64,000 bases of DNA from Amoebidium appalachense (lineage: Eukaryota > Protista > Ichthyosporea): NCBI GenBank assembly GCA_963693365.1, contig CAVNZM010000003.1, positions 3,853,106 through 3,917,105 on the forward strand, read 5' to 3'. The notes beneath the pieces were generated by a model that was not told the origin of the DNA, did not search any database, and saw only the letters and a program-made list of their open reading frames with translations. Within the stretch, counting starts at the first letter, position 1. Each line of letters starts with the position of its first letter. A program made the translations under genes and the position numbers. Positions 47,061 through 64,000 of this stretch are shown here, piece after piece.

Positions 47061-48073
47061 GAGTGGATGTGCAGCGAATTTTTCAACGTTATGGCATAGC
47101 ATAACACTCGCCCAAGCCAACCTGTTGCGTGTTCAGGTATGTTCGTGAGTATAGATGCTCGATTTTATTTTCCAAATACTACAACAAGTGGGCGAGTTTA
47201 TCTGGGCATGACAATCGTGCGCTCGAGGACACATTTTATACTTTGAAAACACGAAATGAGCAGACGTACGATATTCATGATGTGTGCAAACCACATCTTG
47301 TGCATCTTAAATCTTAAATTGCTTCTACACCATTTTTTTTTGAATACGTGTGTAACACGCTTTATGCTTTGTTTGCTTGTTTCGGTCATGTTTTGCCCTG
47401 CTGCCTTTAAACCCTTCCCTCTCCACCCCGCCTGCTACCCCTCCCCCCCCCTCCCCCCCCTCCCCCTCCCCCCCCCCCCCCCCCCCCCCCCCTCTTCGCC
47501 CCTCTAAACCCTCGAACAGTACACCCCTTCCAAGCCCAACCGTTTCAATGTTAACACTCCCCTCCCCCTTCCACGCATAGAACTGACATGGTACAAAGGC
47601 CAGCTGTGTACCCCAACATGTAAATCCCCACTTCCTACTTAGTAAGCCATCTAATCTCCCTCTTCCTCCTCCTCCCCTCCCCCCTCCCTCCGTCTCATTC
47701 CTCCACTCCCTCCTCCCCCCGCGCATACCCCCCCCCCCCCCCATCCCCACCCCCCTTCCGCCGTCTTCAACAGATCTTTGGGCCAGCATCGAAGTGTTTT
47801 CATTTTGAGTACACACCAAGTCGGCGGTTCGTTTGATTCGTGACGGCGATTTCTTTTCCAGTACGGAGTCCTTTGTGAATCAGATCTGTTCATCAGGTAG
47901 GCGTATTATATTAGTCCTAGGTGATGCGCGAACCTATACAGCGACACACAAAGTAGACACCGCCAAAAACTTGCGTCTTTCCAGTTTGAATTCCCGATGG
48001 AATTCTCGAAAGTCTTAACGCTGCATCTTTAGTTCGAGACGTGCAAAAATTCAAACAATTGCCGGTTGGAAAA

Positions 48074-63723
<15,650 letters not shown>

Positions 63724-64000
63724 GTCAGTTGTGTTGGTGTGGGGGTGGGTGGGGAGGGGGGAGGAGGGGAGGGGGGAGGAGTGGGGGGGATGGGGGAAGG
63801 TGGGAAGGGGGGGGGGGGGGGTGAAAGGGGGATGGTTGGGCGGGTGGGCAAGGGAGAAAGGGAGTGTGTGTGTGTGTTTGTCTGTGTGCATGTGTGCATG
63901 CGTGCATAAGCCTGTGCGTGTGCCCTCTTGGGTGCCCGCGCCACACAATATTTGCCTGTATGTGTTCGGGCTAGCATCTTCGTTGGGGGGGAGGTGAATA

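Overview
Eukaryotic, intron-dense genomic DNA with standard-code spliced genes. Introns are packed with poly-C/poly-G runs and (CA)n/(TG)n/(GA)n microsatellites, so nearly all ORFs in the supplied track are translations of repeats. Splicing exons by hand gives four intact genes: kinesin-5/KIF11 (minus strand, runs off the left edge), mitochondrial ATP synthase subunit b, cytochrome c oxidase subunit 5B/Cox4, and a short-form ABCC/MRP transporter (runs off the right edge). There is also a tandem pair of 7TM-RGS (GPCR-like plus RGS domain) paralogues that are disrupted as assembled, plus a long foldback MITE, several minisatellites and weak transposon relics. Gene content suggests an opisthokont, possibly a unicellular holozoan (inference only). 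Two signals stand out. First, a strand-specific intron pattern: C-runs sit just after (often weak) 5' splice sites and (CA)n replaces the polypyrimidine tract at many 3' splice sites. Second, both 7TM-RGS genes have exons that are each exactly one base short, plus a TAG at the conserved RGS Trp, while neighbouring genes have no indels. Pseudogenisation, assembly error and RNA-level recoding cannot be separated without reads. Homopolymer lengths should be treated as unreliable.
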